NCBI GenBank assembly: GCA_963779615.1
Contig: CAVZZA010000005.1
Coordinates: 224,001-288,000, forward strand
Origin: an uncultured Nitrososphaeraceae archaeon
Lineage (GTDB): Archaea > Thermoproteota > Nitrososphaeria > Nitrososphaerales > Nitrososphaeraceae
Direction: 5' to 3'
Length of the DNA: 64,000 nucleotides
Position 1 is the first letter of the stretch, and each line of letters begins with the position of its first letter. Under the pieces are notes generated by a model. The model was not told the DNA's origin. It ran no database searches and was given only the letters and a program-made list of their open reading frames with translations. Of the stretch, positions 53,709 through 64,000 are shown piece after piece. Both the position numbers and the translations under genes were made by a program.

Positions 53709-53966
53709 CTAAACACCGATTTCTTTAGCCAATCTTATTATTTTCTTGCCTTCTTTGGTCAATTTATTGTATGTTTTATTTTTGACATTACTTCTTTCAA
53801 CCAGTCCCCTATCTTCGGCTTTAATTAATAACTTATGCCCATATCCATATGCACCAAGTTTTTTCAAAAGGTCTCTAGTTGAGTATTCTTTCTCTCCAAT
53901 AGTTTTGATTAATTTTACCAAAGCTCGTTCTTCTATCATTATTTTGATTAGGTTTGCGTCACGCAT
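53709..53966 (-). CDS. Small winged-helix protein
   Basis: STRDLLKKL...LIKAEDRGLVER...YNKLTKEGKK wHTH pattern. Confidence 0.7.
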   Translation of the reverse strand: MRDANLIKIMIEERALVKLIKTIGEKEYSTRDLLKKLGAYGYGHKLLIKAEDRGLVERSNVKNKTYNKLTKEGKKIIRLAKEIGV

Positions 53967-54211
53967 AACAGTAAAGAAAAAATAATGGTTATTTATTGGT
54001 TACTTTTTTTGGCAACAAGAACCACAAACAACAACGAAAAAACATTGATATTTTAATTAAAGTAATAGTAACAATAAAATTTTTTCACAGCATCCAGCAT
54101 ACAGGAAGCGATTGCGCATGTCAATCGAAACTTCCCAACCTACATAGTATATACAGGCATAATTGATCAATTTCTGCATTCACAAAATTTTTAAAGAACA
54201 TAAAAGGCAAC

Positions 54212-55300
54212 TTGTTTATGAAGATCACAGTTTCAGCAATAAAAGCAGATATTGGAGGAATAGGAGGTCATACAAGACCTAGTGATGAGTTGGTTCAGAC
54301 CGTCAAAGATTACGTATTAAAAAATGGAAAAGGAATTCTTATTGACAAATATATTGGATATACAGGGGACGACATTCACATTATAATGAGCCACACGTTA
54401 GGTGTGGACAACAAAGAGATTCATAAACTTGCTTGGGATGCCTTTACGGAAGGCACCAAGGTTGCAAAAGAACAAGGGCTTTATGGGGCTGGTCAAGATC
54501 TACTCAAAGATTCATTTTCTGGAAACGTAAAAGGAATGGGACCAGGAATTGCTGAAATTGAAATGGAAGAAAGGCCTAGCGAAGTTTTTTGTGTCTTTGC
54601 AGCAGATAAAACAGAACCAGGAGCATACAATTTTCCTTTCTGGAGAATGTTTGTTGATTCAAGAAGCAATACGGGTCTAATAATTAATGAGGAATTAGCA
54701 AAGGGAACAATATTTAGAATCATGGATGTAATGACAGGGAAAATTGCTGACTTAAAACTATGGGCCGATAAACCCGAACTAGAAGCTGCTTTGATGTATC
54801 CTGGAAGATATGTGGTACACTCAGTTTATTCACACAACAGAGAACAAATAGTTTCTTCGTCAACAGACAGATTGCATAACATTGCGGGAACTTATGTAGG
54901 CAAGGACGATCCAATAACTATCGTCAGGACTCAAAAAAATTTCCCCGCTACCGAAGAAGCTGGAAGCGCTTTCAATGATCCCCATATTGTAGCGGGAAAT
55001 ACAAGAGGCAGTCACCACATGCCCCTAATGCCCATAAAGCTAAACTCAGCAGCAAGTTTAAACTATTCAATTCCAATAGTGTCCTGCTTACTGTTTAGTA
55101 TGCATAATGGAAAGTTTACAGGACCCCATGATGGCTTTAGTACCTCAGACTGGGACTACCAGAGAATGGAGGCTGTCAAAAGAGCCATTGTGATGAGAGT
55201 GCAGGGATTTATCCATCCAGCAACCTTAATTCCAGAGGAGTTGGAATATAATAAAGGATACGAGGCCAGAATTTCAAAATTAAATGAAAAATTCAAGTAA
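54212..55300 (+). CDS. fbp: Bifunctional fructose-1,6-bisphosphate aldolase/phosphatase (class V)
   Basis: IKADIGG, GDD, GLYGAGQDLL.D.FSGNVKGMGPG, ADKTEPGA, YVGKDDP. Confidence 0.96.
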   Translation: MFMKITVSAIKADIGGIGGHTRPSDELVQTVKDYVLKNGKGILIDKYIGYTGDDIHIIMSHTLGVDNKEIHKLAWDAFTEGTKVAKEQGLYGAGQDLLKDSFSGNVKGMGPGIAEIEMEERPSEVFCVFAADKTEPGAYNFPFWRMFVDSRSNTGLIINEELAKGTIFRIMDVMTGKIADLKLWADKPELEAALMYPGRYVVHSVYSHNREQIVSSSTDRLHNIAGTYVGKDDPITIVRTQKNFPATEEAGSAFNDPHIVAGNTRGSHHMPLMPIKLNSAASLNYSIPIVSCLLFSMHNGKFTGPHDGFSTSDWDYQRMEAVKRAIVMRVQGFIHPATLIPEELEYNKGYEARISKLNEKFK

Positions 55301-55312
55301 GAGTTTTGCCTT

Positions 55313-55993
55313 ATGGATTCATTTAAAAGAAATGGCCCATTTATCATCAACCTAAAGAACTATCTAGAAACAGCAGGAGACAACACACTGAGAATTGTAA
55401 AGGATGCAGAGCGGGTCAGTGAAAAGGTAGATGTTGAGATAATTATTTCTCCTCCCCAACCTTCTTTGGCATTAATAGCTAAACATACTAAACTTAAGGT
55501 TATTTCCCAACACATCGATCTGAAAAAACACGGAGCTACGACAGGATATTATGTACCCGAAATAATAGAAAAGGTAGGGGCCACAGGTTCTTTGATCAAT
55601 CACAGCGAGCACGGTATAGGAATTGAGGAGATAAAACAATTGATAGAAAAACTAAAGGAGATAAACCTTTTATCTTTTGTTTGTGTTAAGACACTAGAAG
55701 AACTAAAGGAGATTTTAAGGTTTGAGCCTGATTTTATTGCAATCGAACCACCAGAATTGATTGGAACTCAAAAATCAATTTCATCCGAAAAGCCTTTTTT
55801 GATCCAAAAAAGCAGTGAGCTGATAAGACAAGAAAACAACGGATCAAAATTAATCTGCGGCGCGGGAATAACTAAAAGTGAAGACATAAAAATAGCAGTA
55901 GAGAATGGTGCACAAGGAATACTTGTTTCTAGCAGCATTACCCGAGCAAATAACTGGTATGACAAAATCTTTGAATTAGCATCAGCACTCTAA
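55313..55993 (+). CDS. tpiA: Triosephosphate isomerase (archaeal type)
   Basis: INLKNY, QHID, LINHSE, IEPPELIG, CGAGI. Confidence 0.95.
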   Translation: MDSFKRNGPFIINLKNYLETAGDNTLRIVKDAERVSEKVDVEIIISPPQPSLALIAKHTKLKVISQHIDLKKHGATTGYYVPEIIEKVGATGSLINHSEHGIGIEEIKQLIEKLKEINLLSFVCVKTLEELKEILRFEPDFIAIEPPELIGTQKSISSEKPFLIQKSSELIRQENNGSKLICGAGITKSEDIKIAVENGAQGILVSSSITRANNWYDKIFELASAL

Positions 55994-56072
55994 CTAATAA
56001 AATGTGAATACATTTTAATTATGCTCTAAATCTTTTTTATCCAAGGTATTTTTCTAATTACATAATTCCACA

Positions 56073-56972
56073 ATGTCCAAAAGGTATAACCTAGCCGATA
56101 TTCAAAAAGAGGTGATAAAACTACTCCAGGATAACAACCCAATGTCAAGTACAGAAATTTCAAAAAACATAGGAACGAACAGAATCACCATTTCAAAATA
56201 CTTGGATATTTTGTATTTCCAAAAAATCATCAATAAAAAGAAAATTGGATCGGTTAATTTCTGGTTTCTTGAGCCAGGAATAATAAATTTTGATTTAAAG
56301 GACGAGAACTATATTGATTTACAACAAAAATTGATAATGTCTCTGATTAGCGGGGAAAAAGAAATTTCAGAAAATATCATACTAAGCATAATCAATAAAA
56401 AAATCAATTTGAGGAAAATTCTTACAGACATCTGTTTCCCGGTGTTAAATACACTTTTTGAACTCCACCTAAGAGGAAAAATAGGAAAAACGGAAAAAAT
56501 ACATTTGACAACAAATCTGATAGAATCCATAAACTTATTGAAAAATTGTGTTGCAACGAATGAAAACAGAACAAAGAGATATTCTTTACTTGTTATTGTT
56601 TCAGGAGATGATGATTCAATACCAATATGCAATATGATAAACATCTATGCAAAAAAGGTTGGAATAAATTCTGCAATAATCGGAAACATAGAGAAGTATA
56701 TAGACCCTTTTTTTGATATTGATTTTCAAAGATATATAAATAAACTTCATAGTAAAAATAAAGAAAAAATCTATGTATGCATAATATCATACAATGAGAT
56801 GTCAATAAAGTTTCTACTCTCAACATTAAATGAAACCCGATTTAAAGAAAAAGTAAAGACAATTATCTTTTCAAGCAAAAACTTAAAAGAAAAATTTGAG
56901 AACAAGTTTGGAGAAAATATTATAATTGATTTAGAAACGTTGATTGAGACGATAGAGAAAGAAGTGAAATAG
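56073..56972 (+). CDS. HTH regulator with degenerate B12-binding-like (cap plus Rossmann) region
   Basis: MSSTEISK.IG.NRITISKYL HTH; P.L...ELH..GKI...E.IHL cap-like segment; canonical His motif not seen. Confidence 0.6.
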   Translation: MSKRYNLADIQKEVIKLLQDNNPMSSTEISKNIGTNRITISKYLDILYFQKIINKKKIGSVNFWFLEPGIINFDLKDENYIDLQQKLIMSLISGEKEISENIILSIINKKINLRKILTDICFPVLNTLFELHLRGKIGKTEKIHLTTNLIESINLLKNCVATNENRTKRYSLLVIVSGDDDSIPICNMINIYAKKVGINSAIIGNIEKYIDPFFDIDFQRYINKLHSKNKEKIYVCIISYNEMSIKFLLSTLNETRFKEKVKTIIFSSKNLKEKFENKFGENIIIDLETLIETIEKEVK

Positions 56973-56986
56973 ACAGTAAAGGAAAT

Positions 56987-58711
56987 TTATGCATACTGTG
57001 CTTTTATTTTCTCGATAACTCTCTCATGTTCGGGGCTCTTTCTTCTAGCGTATTTCTCCATTGCATTTAAAGGAACACCACCCAATGTCCTTGCCAAGGT
57101 AGCAAAGAAGAATTTTTTTATTGGATCGTTTTGCCCTACCTTGTGCATAAATTTATGAATGGCGTATTTAAAATTGTGTTGCCATGTTTTATACATTACA
57201 CCTAGTTTTGCCGGGTCCATAGTATTACCAATGTCAAAAAAGTCAGATTTTTCAAGCAAGCCAATTGGAACAAAGGTTAATGGGGTAACAGTAAATTTTG
57301 AATCAGGCTGTTCTTTCTCTAATTGATGGATTAGTTGAATTGTTTCCCAACTATCATCAGCATTTTCATCATTGTCCAATCCCATAATAAGCGTAAAAGC
57401 AGGAACCCAATAATGCTCATTGAGAGTTTTTACGCCTTCCTTCACCACCCAATGCCACTCTGAAGGTTTGAATGGAGCTAATTTTCGATCAGCGTACTTT
57501 CCGATTAGTCGGGTGCTTCCAGTTTCTAGACCACACTGAACACCAATATGATTTCCGGGTCCGGACTTTATTATCTTGGAAATACTAGGGATTAGTTTTT
57601 CATCTGCAATAGCACCGGCAAGGGTTCCATGAGTAGGATTTGTATGCTCAACACCTGTTTCCATAATCCCTTTGAATAGTTCCTCAAGGGCCTCTCTATT
57701 TGGTTGCATATTTTTGGTTGTTCGAGGATTTAAGCCGTAAACAAAAATATCATCACTTTGGATCCAAGCATTTTTTAAGCCACCATATTTCATATTAACT
57801 TCTATTTCTTTTTTGACTTTTTCAACAGGATAATATCTTAATGGCCTCAACGTGACATCACAGAATTTGCAACCTCTGCCGCATCCCCTCATCACCTCAA
57901 TCATCCCATGCATACTTGGATTAACAATATTAGGTATTTCATCTATTACCGGTTCATCAGAATAATGGATAAATCGTCCATGATATTTCCGCCCATTTCT
58001 ATCAAATTCTTTGACCTCAACTCTGAATTTTGACTTTTTAAAGGGATTTGCAGTTTCCAACTCATTATTTATTACAGCGTCAAAAAACAATCTTCCTGCC
58101 CCATCTATTTCTGGTCCAATTCCGCCAAGATCACCTTCCAATATAGCATATAATCCATACTCCTCGATTTTTGCAGGATCATAATTATATTGCCACGTAC
58201 CTGAAGCCCCAACAACTACTTTTGCTTTACTCCCGTTCTTTTGCTTTGCTGCATTAATTTTATGGTGTAAATCCCTATTGTAAAATTCATCATAGGACAT
58301 TTGTTTCCTTCCATAGGTAAATGTCATTGTGACAGGCCCCATACCCAATGGATCCATTTCATAGGTTCCCACAAATTCTGTTTCCGGACCTATAAATTTG
58401 TCCACATAGTCCGGATGAGCTACCACTACATCTTCTTTCAGGTACCCATCTCTTAACAAAGCAGCTTCAATCTTTCTTAATCCATAAGGAGCGTAACTTG
58501 CTATACCATTTTCATGACCAATAGGATTACATATAAAATCAAAGAGTAATTTAGGGGTTACCTGATTACCTAAAATTTTATACCAAAAGGAATCATGACT
58601 GCGGTTTGCATCCAGCGCTGGAGCACAGCCAAAAAAGGATGCCAGTGAGATTCCTCTATAAGGAGACATTAAAGTTCTATCAGCAGTAAGAACAACTTTT
58701 GGGTGTTTCAT
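56987..58711 (-). CDS. Radical SAM protein (B12-binding/MiaB-like class)
   Basis: IEVMRGCGRGCKFC (CxxxCxxC), APYGLRKIEAAL, GLETGS. Confidence 0.9.
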   Translation of the reverse strand: MKHPKVVLTADRTLMSPYRGISLASFFGCAPALDANRSHDSFWYKILGNQVTPKLLFDFICNPIGHENGIASYAPYGLRKIEAALLRDGYLKEDVVVAHPDYVDKFIGPETEFVGTYEMDPLGMGPVTMTFTYGRKQMSYDEFYNRDLHHKINAAKQKNGSKAKVVVGASGTWQYNYDPAKIEEYGLYAILEGDLGGIGPEIDGAGRLFFDAVINNELETANPFKKSKFRVEVKEFDRNGRKYHGRFIHYSDEPVIDEIPNIVNPSMHGMIEVMRGCGRGCKFCDVTLRPLRYYPVEKVKKEIEVNMKYGGLKNAWIQSDDIFVYGLNPRTTKNMQPNREALEELFKGIMETGVEHTNPTHGTLAGAIADEKLIPSISKIIKSGPGNHIGVQCGLETGSTRLIGKYADRKLAPFKPSEWHWVVKEGVKTLNEHYWVPAFTLIMGLDNDENADDSWETIQLIHQLEKEQPDSKFTVTPLTFVPIGLLEKSDFFDIGNTMDPAKLGVMYKTWQHNFKYAIHKFMHKVGQNDPIKKFFFATLARTLGGVPLNAMEKYARRKSPEHERVIEKIKAQYA

Positions 58712-59102
58712 ATTAATCGTGATCTTAGTTTGTAGGAATCAAAAAAGATAATTAAAGGTTTCCTATTTTAAAGAATTTTCATTCCTTGAAATAAGGTAAT
58801 AAAGCGGAATTAAAAGTAATTGATTATTTTTTTGCACCCAGTGTTCTATTCTTTAAACGCATTTGATTTCCATGACACTTTCTGCATCTTTCTGCTCCAA
58901 TAGGGTTTTTTGCTCCACATTTAAAACAAATCTTAAAGAAAAGTCGTCGCTGCTGAGCTATTTGTTTTTTTATTACATCGGTTATAGGCATATACATTTT
59001 TTTCCATTACCTACACATTTTTATCTTTCTATTTAGACCCATGAAATGGATTTGCTTCAATAGAAATTTTTTTAAGCATCAATATCTAGGTTTTATCAAG
59101 CA

Positions 59103-59408
59103 ATGACAGATTTTTTTGAAATTGACAGGCTTATTGAGGATTTAGCAAAGCTGTACTCAACACAATTAGCTGTTTCTTGGTTTAAGGTAAATAAAAACAA
59201 AAACCCAACCAAAGAAGAGTTCAGGAAACTGGTAGTAGATTTCATGAAAGATTTTGAAAACACTTTATCAAAATTTTCAGATACCGATGAAGGCACTAAA
59301 TTTAAAGATTATACTAAAAGTCAATTAGGAAAACAAATTCAGTTTGTAATAGATGGGAAAAATAAAGAAGTTGAAAAGCGTTATAAATACTATGCTGAAT
59401 ACAATTAA
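59103..59408 (+). CDS. Hypothetical helical protein
   Basis: Clean 101-aa ORF with ATG in AT-rich flanks. Confidence 0.7.
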   Translation: MTDFFEIDRLIEDLAKLYSTQLAVSWFKVNKNKNPTKEEFRKLVVDFMKDFENTLSKFSDTDEGTKFKDYTKSQLGKQIQFVIDGKNKEVEKRYKYYAEYN

Positions 59409-60121
59409 GGCGTTAATTAACATAGTTCAATGGAATCCCTAAAGTCAATAAAAAAGATATGTTTTCTTTCATGTTTCCTATAAGCGGCATATACGAGACA
59501 AGAAATAGAATCACTGTGAACTGTTAAGAGAAAATCTTTGGATCTTTAGGAAGTTAAATCCAAAATACAGATCAGATAGAATTTTTTGAATTAATATAAA
59601 AAATATTATAGCTAGCAGGCAATAAACTCAAACAGTGGCTGACAGCAGACCATTGATTTTGGCATTCTGAGTCAGGGGGACAATGAAAAATTCTTTATTG
59701 CAAAAAAAATAGCAGAAAAGGATCAAACGGGATAAAGTTTGTGACAGAACGTTTTCTATGACTTGTTGCGAAACAATGGAGAAGGGCATCCTAACCATAC
59801 GGATGATGCGTGCCAGGTCACTAAAAGTCTGCAAGTTTTCAAGGACAGAGACAGAGACAGAGACAAGGCATATTATCCATCAACCCTTTTTGGAGAAAAA
59901 ACAATTGAGAAGAATAATGCGTAATGAACTAATACATCAATTAAGATGGTTCTAAAATGTTTTAACTGATATTTTCCTGCCGAAAAAATCGCAAATTGAA
60001 ACATGTATAGCAATGGTTGAGCTGATTGCATACATCCATAACGAAGATTAATGTTAACCTAGCCTTAAATTTGAGGGAAACATTTTAAATATATTGTTTT
60101 TAATAATATCATTGAAAGACA

Positions 60122-60424
60122 GTGATAGATAATAACAAGCAATTTTTATCACAGCAATTATTGTGGATAGGAATATCTTTAGGAATAAGTTTGACAATTT
60201 CTTTCTTGATACCTTTCCCTTACTCATTACCAATAATAATAATTGTTTTTATTATGCTGAGTTATTACATACGAAATAGGGCTATGAAAAAAATGGGGAT
60301 GACAGGTTCAGTTTTTGGTGCGTCGGGAAGCTCTATTAGCTATTATTGCATGAGTTGTGGAACTAAGCACGATCAATCATCATGTCCAAGGTGTGGCTCT
60401 AAAATGAAAAGAGTAGGCTCTTAA
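60122..60424 (+). CDS. Two-TM protein with C-terminal zinc ribbon
   Basis: Two hydrophobic helices, then CMSCG...CPRCGS. Confidence 0.75.
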   Translation: MIDNNKQFLSQQLLWIGISLGISLTISFLIPFPYSLPIIIIVFIMLSYYIRNRAMKKMGMTGSVFGASGSSISYYCMSCGTKHDQSSCPRCGSKMKRVGS

Positions 60425-60438
60425 TCAATCACCAACTA

Positions 60439-60834
60439 ATGAATCGAGAAAATAAATACAACGCATTAAGAGATTTAGACGACTTTATACTTTCATTGAA
60501 TGAGGAGTCGAACCGAAATTCCATAGTTATCGTTGAGGGTAAAAAAGATGTAGACGCCCTATTTTTTTTAGGATATAATGGAAATATCAAAGCTTATCAC
60601 CATTTTAGAGGCACCACCCATTTTCTGGATTATTTTTCCTATAAAAACAGGAAGATAATATTGCTTTTGGATTCAGACAGAAAGGGCAGCAATATAACTA
60701 AAAAAATATTATTACAATCAAATGGAAAATTTATAGATCTGGATTATAAAAAAAAATTGCTTAAAATAACTAGGGGAAGAATAAAAAAAATAGAAGAAAT
60801 AAAGTCGTTTTATAAATCATTATCAGAGAAATAA
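60439..60834 (+). CDS. Toprim-domain protein
   Basis: VIVEGKKDVDAL, ILLLDSDRKG. Confidence 0.85.
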   Translation: MNRENKYNALRDLDDFILSLNEESNRNSIVIVEGKKDVDALFFLGYNGNIKAYHHFRGTTHFLDYFSYKNRKIILLLDSDRKGSNITKKILLQSNGKFIDLDYKKKLLKITRGRIKKIEEIKSFYKSLSEK

Positions 60835-60999
60835 AAAACAGATTCATGTTACAATCTAACAATAAAAATAAAAGATTATGCCCACGGATAAAAATAAATG
60901 GCTCATTACCCATAAATAAAAAGATTAATGAGGGTAAGCAATATAACAAACAATAATCATCCAAATATGGTAAATAAAATTAATAACGAAGTAATTAAG

Positions 61000-62331
61000 G
61001 TGCCAAATACAGGCATAGTAAAATATCATGTCAAGTTAAAGTTTGAGGTTGACGGGTTAGTAGAAAAAGCAGACATTATTGGCGCTATTTTCGGTCAAAC
61101 AGAAGGTTTGCTAGGTCCGGAAATGAACCTGAATGAACTCCAAAAAGTATCCAAAGTGGGAAGGATCGAAGTCAATGTAGACTCCAAATCAAATTCTGCT
61201 AAGGGCGATGCATTGATTCCCATGAGCACTGATATTTCAACAGCGGCGTTAATAGCTGCAGCAATTGAAAGTATTGACAAAGTAGGACCTTTTCAAGCCA
61301 AGTTTTACTTATTAGGAATTGATGATATACGTGCAATTAAAAAGAAAATAATAGTAGATAGAGCCAAAAAAATAGTCCAAGAATGGGCAACAAAAACAAT
61401 TAGTGAAGGAGAAGAAATGTTAAAAGATGTATATGATGCAAGTAAGCCAGGCAGGCTAACAACATTTGGTAAAGCCCAGTTAGCGTGCGGGGTTGGAGTA
61501 TACGATTCTGATTGGATTATTTTGGTAGAAGGGAGGGCAGATGTAATTAATTTACTTAGGGCTGGATACGATAATGCAATAGCAATTGAAGGAGCAAAAA
61601 TAGATGAAACCATTTTAAAACTCACGTATAATAAAAGAGTTATTGCTTTTATCGATGGAGATAGAGCAGGTGATCTGATATTAAAAGAGCTGCAAGGATT
61701 GGTCAAAATAGACAAAGTATACAGAGCTCCATCAGGTAGGGAAGTTGAAGAATGTACTCCTTTAGAGATCTCTGAAATATTAAAAGATGTTGAACAGCAG
61801 ATAAAAAATATCTACACAAATAATTTAAACACAGAAAATCAACCACAAACTCGAACCAATTCGCAACTTTCATTGTCAAATCAAAACCAAATAAACACAA
61901 TTGACATGGATACAAGCAACAGCTACAATCCCAACATTCAACTACAGAAAGAATTGGTTGAATCAAATAACAACAATAGTATTAAAGATATAAAATTAGG
62001 CAAAAACAATTCAAGCTCGAACGATGATGAAGAAATCATTTCAATAATTAAACAGGTTTTTCCAGAAATTAATGAAACCTTAGAAGCCATAATATTTGAT
62101 AAATCATTGAAAACAATGATAAAGTTACCCGTGTCTGACATAGTAAAAAAAATATCAGACTCCCAAGGTGGGAAGATTTTAGTTTTAGATGGGATCATTA
62201 CACAAAGGCTGATTGAAGCAGCCAATAAGGCAGGAATACAATACATCATAGGTCATAGGACGAGTAGTCTGAAAAAACCCTATGCCGGTATTCGGATACA
62301 AACTTTTTCTGACTTTGGCTTAATTAAATAA
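61000..62331 (+). CDS. dnaG: Archaeal DnaG (exosome-associated primase-like protein)
   Basis: VEKADIIGAIFGQTEGLLG, GRIEV, VEGRADV.NLL, DGDRAG, DGIITQRL; GTG start inferred; Asn/Gln-rich linker. Confidence 0.95.
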   Translation: MPNTGIVKYHVKLKFEVDGLVEKADIIGAIFGQTEGLLGPEMNLNELQKVSKVGRIEVNVDSKSNSAKGDALIPMSTDISTAALIAAAIESIDKVGPFQAKFYLLGIDDIRAIKKKIIVDRAKKIVQEWATKTISEGEEMLKDVYDASKPGRLTTFGKAQLACGVGVYDSDWIILVEGRADVINLLRAGYDNAIAIEGAKIDETILKLTYNKRVIAFIDGDRAGDLILKELQGLVKIDKVYRAPSGREVEECTPLEISEILKDVEQQIKNIYTNNLNTENQPQTRTNSQLSLSNQNQINTIDMDTSNSYNPNIQLQKELVESNNNNSIKDIKLGKNNSSSNDDEEIISIIKQVFPEINETLEAIIFDKSLKTMIKLPVSDIVKKISDSQGGKILVLDGIITQRLIEAANKAGIQYIIGHRTSSLKKPYAGIRIQTFSDFGLIK

Positions 62332-62346
62332 AAAAATAAAATAATA

Positions 62347-63108
62347 ATGGACAAAAATCTAAATTATTTTCATTTTTTAATTCTTATCAATTTACTTTCT
62401 CTAGGTGCCAGGGAAACTTATGTTGAAGTTACGAGTAGCCAGGTTAGCAAGGTAATTGAAAGATCTCAACAAACAGCTTCCAAGATTTTAATCGAATTGG
62501 AAAAGCATAATTTGATTGAAAGAATTAAAAATAATAAAATATTTAAAGTGAAAGTAACACCTGAGGGTTTTGAGGTGGTTAAAGAGTTACAGGAAATGAT
62601 AAAAACAGCAACGGATAATTCCAAAATAAAAAGTGCGATTTTTCATGGAAGAATAGTTACTGGCATGGGTGAGGGTTCATACTACATGTCATTAAAAGGA
62701 TATAAAAAACAGTTTAAAGACAAATTGGGATATGAGCCATTCCCAGGCACTTTGAATGTAAAGCTGGATGACAAAATCTATAGGGATACAAAAAGAGAAA
62801 TAATAAATTATCCATCAATATACATCCACGGGTTTAGGGATGAAAATAGAACATTTGGATGGGTAAAATGCTATCCAGCAGTGTTATTTCCAGAGGTAGC
62901 GAAAAACAAGATGGATTTAAAAAATAACCCTTACAGCACAGACAGTAGAAAGGTTGAAATTGATTCATCCATATTGCTTTTAGAAAGAACTCATCATGAC
63001 GATAGATTAATCGAGGTAATTTCTCCAGTTTGTATTAAGGATACGGCAAACCTGAAAAATGGAGACACCGTAACGATCATATTAAAGGAATCAAATCAAA
63101 TTTCATAG
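62347..63108 (+). CDS. ribK: CTP-dependent riboflavin kinase with N-terminal wHTH (RbkR-type)
   Basis: SQQTASK.L.ELE HTH; G.IVTGMGEGSYY, LGYEPFPGTLN, ERTHH, IEVISP. Confidence 0.93.
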   Translation: MDKNLNYFHFLILINLLSLGARETYVEVTSSQVSKVIERSQQTASKILIELEKHNLIERIKNNKIFKVKVTPEGFEVVKELQEMIKTATDNSKIKSAIFHGRIVTGMGEGSYYMSLKGYKKQFKDKLGYEPFPGTLNVKLDDKIYRDTKREIINYPSIYIHGFRDENRTFGWVKCYPAVLFPEVAKNKMDLKNNPYSTDSRKVEIDSSILLLERTHHDDRLIEVISPVCIKDTANLKNGDTVTIILKESNQIS

Positions 63109-63765
63109 AATGTATTGCCAAGGCTTCTTTTTATCAAGGTACTTTTAATTTCAGGTATTGGTGAAGACAACCGTATAACATCCAATTTTATACCTCGTTC
63201 TAAGCAATTTTTTTGAATTTCTTTCTCATTATGAGACTGGTCATATCCAAGAGCAATAATATCAGGCTTTACAAAAGAAACAGTATCGTATAAAGTACCC
63301 TCCTTTCCTATAAGTGAAAGATCTACAAAGGACAACGATGCAACCAATTCTCTCCGGTGTTTTTCATCATGGTAAATATTCCTATTTTTCTTCAATTTTA
63401 ATGCGGTAGAAGTAGTAGCGACCACTACGACAAGTACATCCCCATAGGATTTAGCCGATTTTAAAGTATGGATATGACCCGGATGCAATAAATCAAAAAC
63501 TCCACCCATAAATACAACCTTAATCTTTGAGCGACCCAACTCACTAAGACTACAAATGATTTGTGTAGGTTTTTGCAAGACTTGCTCCTTTTGCATAGTC
63601 TTTACATAACCAAGCCTTTCAAGATTCGAGAATTTTGTCAAGGTAAAAATCTCTCCCTAAATTCATTTTATTTTCAAGATATGTCAAAATAGAATTAGAG
63701 TTAGGTCCATTATCCAAATTATTACAGTAAATAGAACCTAGAATAAATTTTTGTATTGAATTCAT
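63096..63765 (-). CDS. ribL: FAD synthase (cytidylyltransferase family) with probable 1-nt frameshift near 63645
   Basis: GGVFDLLHPGHIHTL, KPDIIALGYDQ; upstream frame MNSIQKFILGSIYC...MNLGRDF joins after removing one base at the T5 run. Confidence 0.88.
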
Positions 63766-64000
63766 TAAATTTTATAATATAGAGGGTAATGAAACGATAT
63801 ATAATTTTATAAATAATATTTTAGTTTTCAACACCTAGACACCTAAAATTGATTGTTGCCCAACTATAGGAGGGTCTTCAGTTTACAAATGAACACATCA
63901 ATCAATACAGATTTTGATTTTTTATCTTATTGGTCTAAAACCTACGCCTCAAAAAAATACAAAAGATGAAAAATAGTAGTCTTTTAATCAATCATCAACC

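Noticed and set aside
59844-59865. (GACAGA)n microsatellite and overlapping short ORFs
   Set aside because: Fewer than four units and no credible coding or regulatory context
226-62249. Numerous antisense ORFs in the track (e.g. 226..690, 13786..14298, 36844..37383, 48517..48906, 61305..61715)
   Set aside because: Shadows of well-supported genes on the opposite strand, with no motifs of their own

Overview
Archaeal chromosome segment, most consistent with an ammonia-oxidising archaeon of the Nitrososphaeraceae. The evidence is TFB, archaeal DnaG, Dph5, class V FBP aldolase/phosphatase, CTP-dependent RibK, RibL and a LysW-dependent Lys/Arg cluster; the taxon is inferred from gene content, not from a search. 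The left ~38 kb is accessory. It holds a duplicated secreted-protein cassette flanking a phasin-like gene, an aquaporin, a cupin, and a visibly GC-richer sulfate-ester island (three type I sulfatases, a formylglycine-generating enzyme, a secreted HAD phosphatase, DUF1254/DUF1214 proteins, a TPR protein). After that come RTX-repeat and PsbP-like secreted proteins, a His/Asp tandem-repeat protein, DM13, IS6 and IS630 remnants, many decayed genes, and an HTH gene with phased 11-bp repeats. The right ~26 kb is core housekeeping. The main leads are the sulfatase island and a lysW, missed by the ORF track, that ends in EDWGQ instead of EDWGE. Several otherwise intact genes, including ribL, have single-base frameshifts, so some apparent pseudogenes may be assembly errors.
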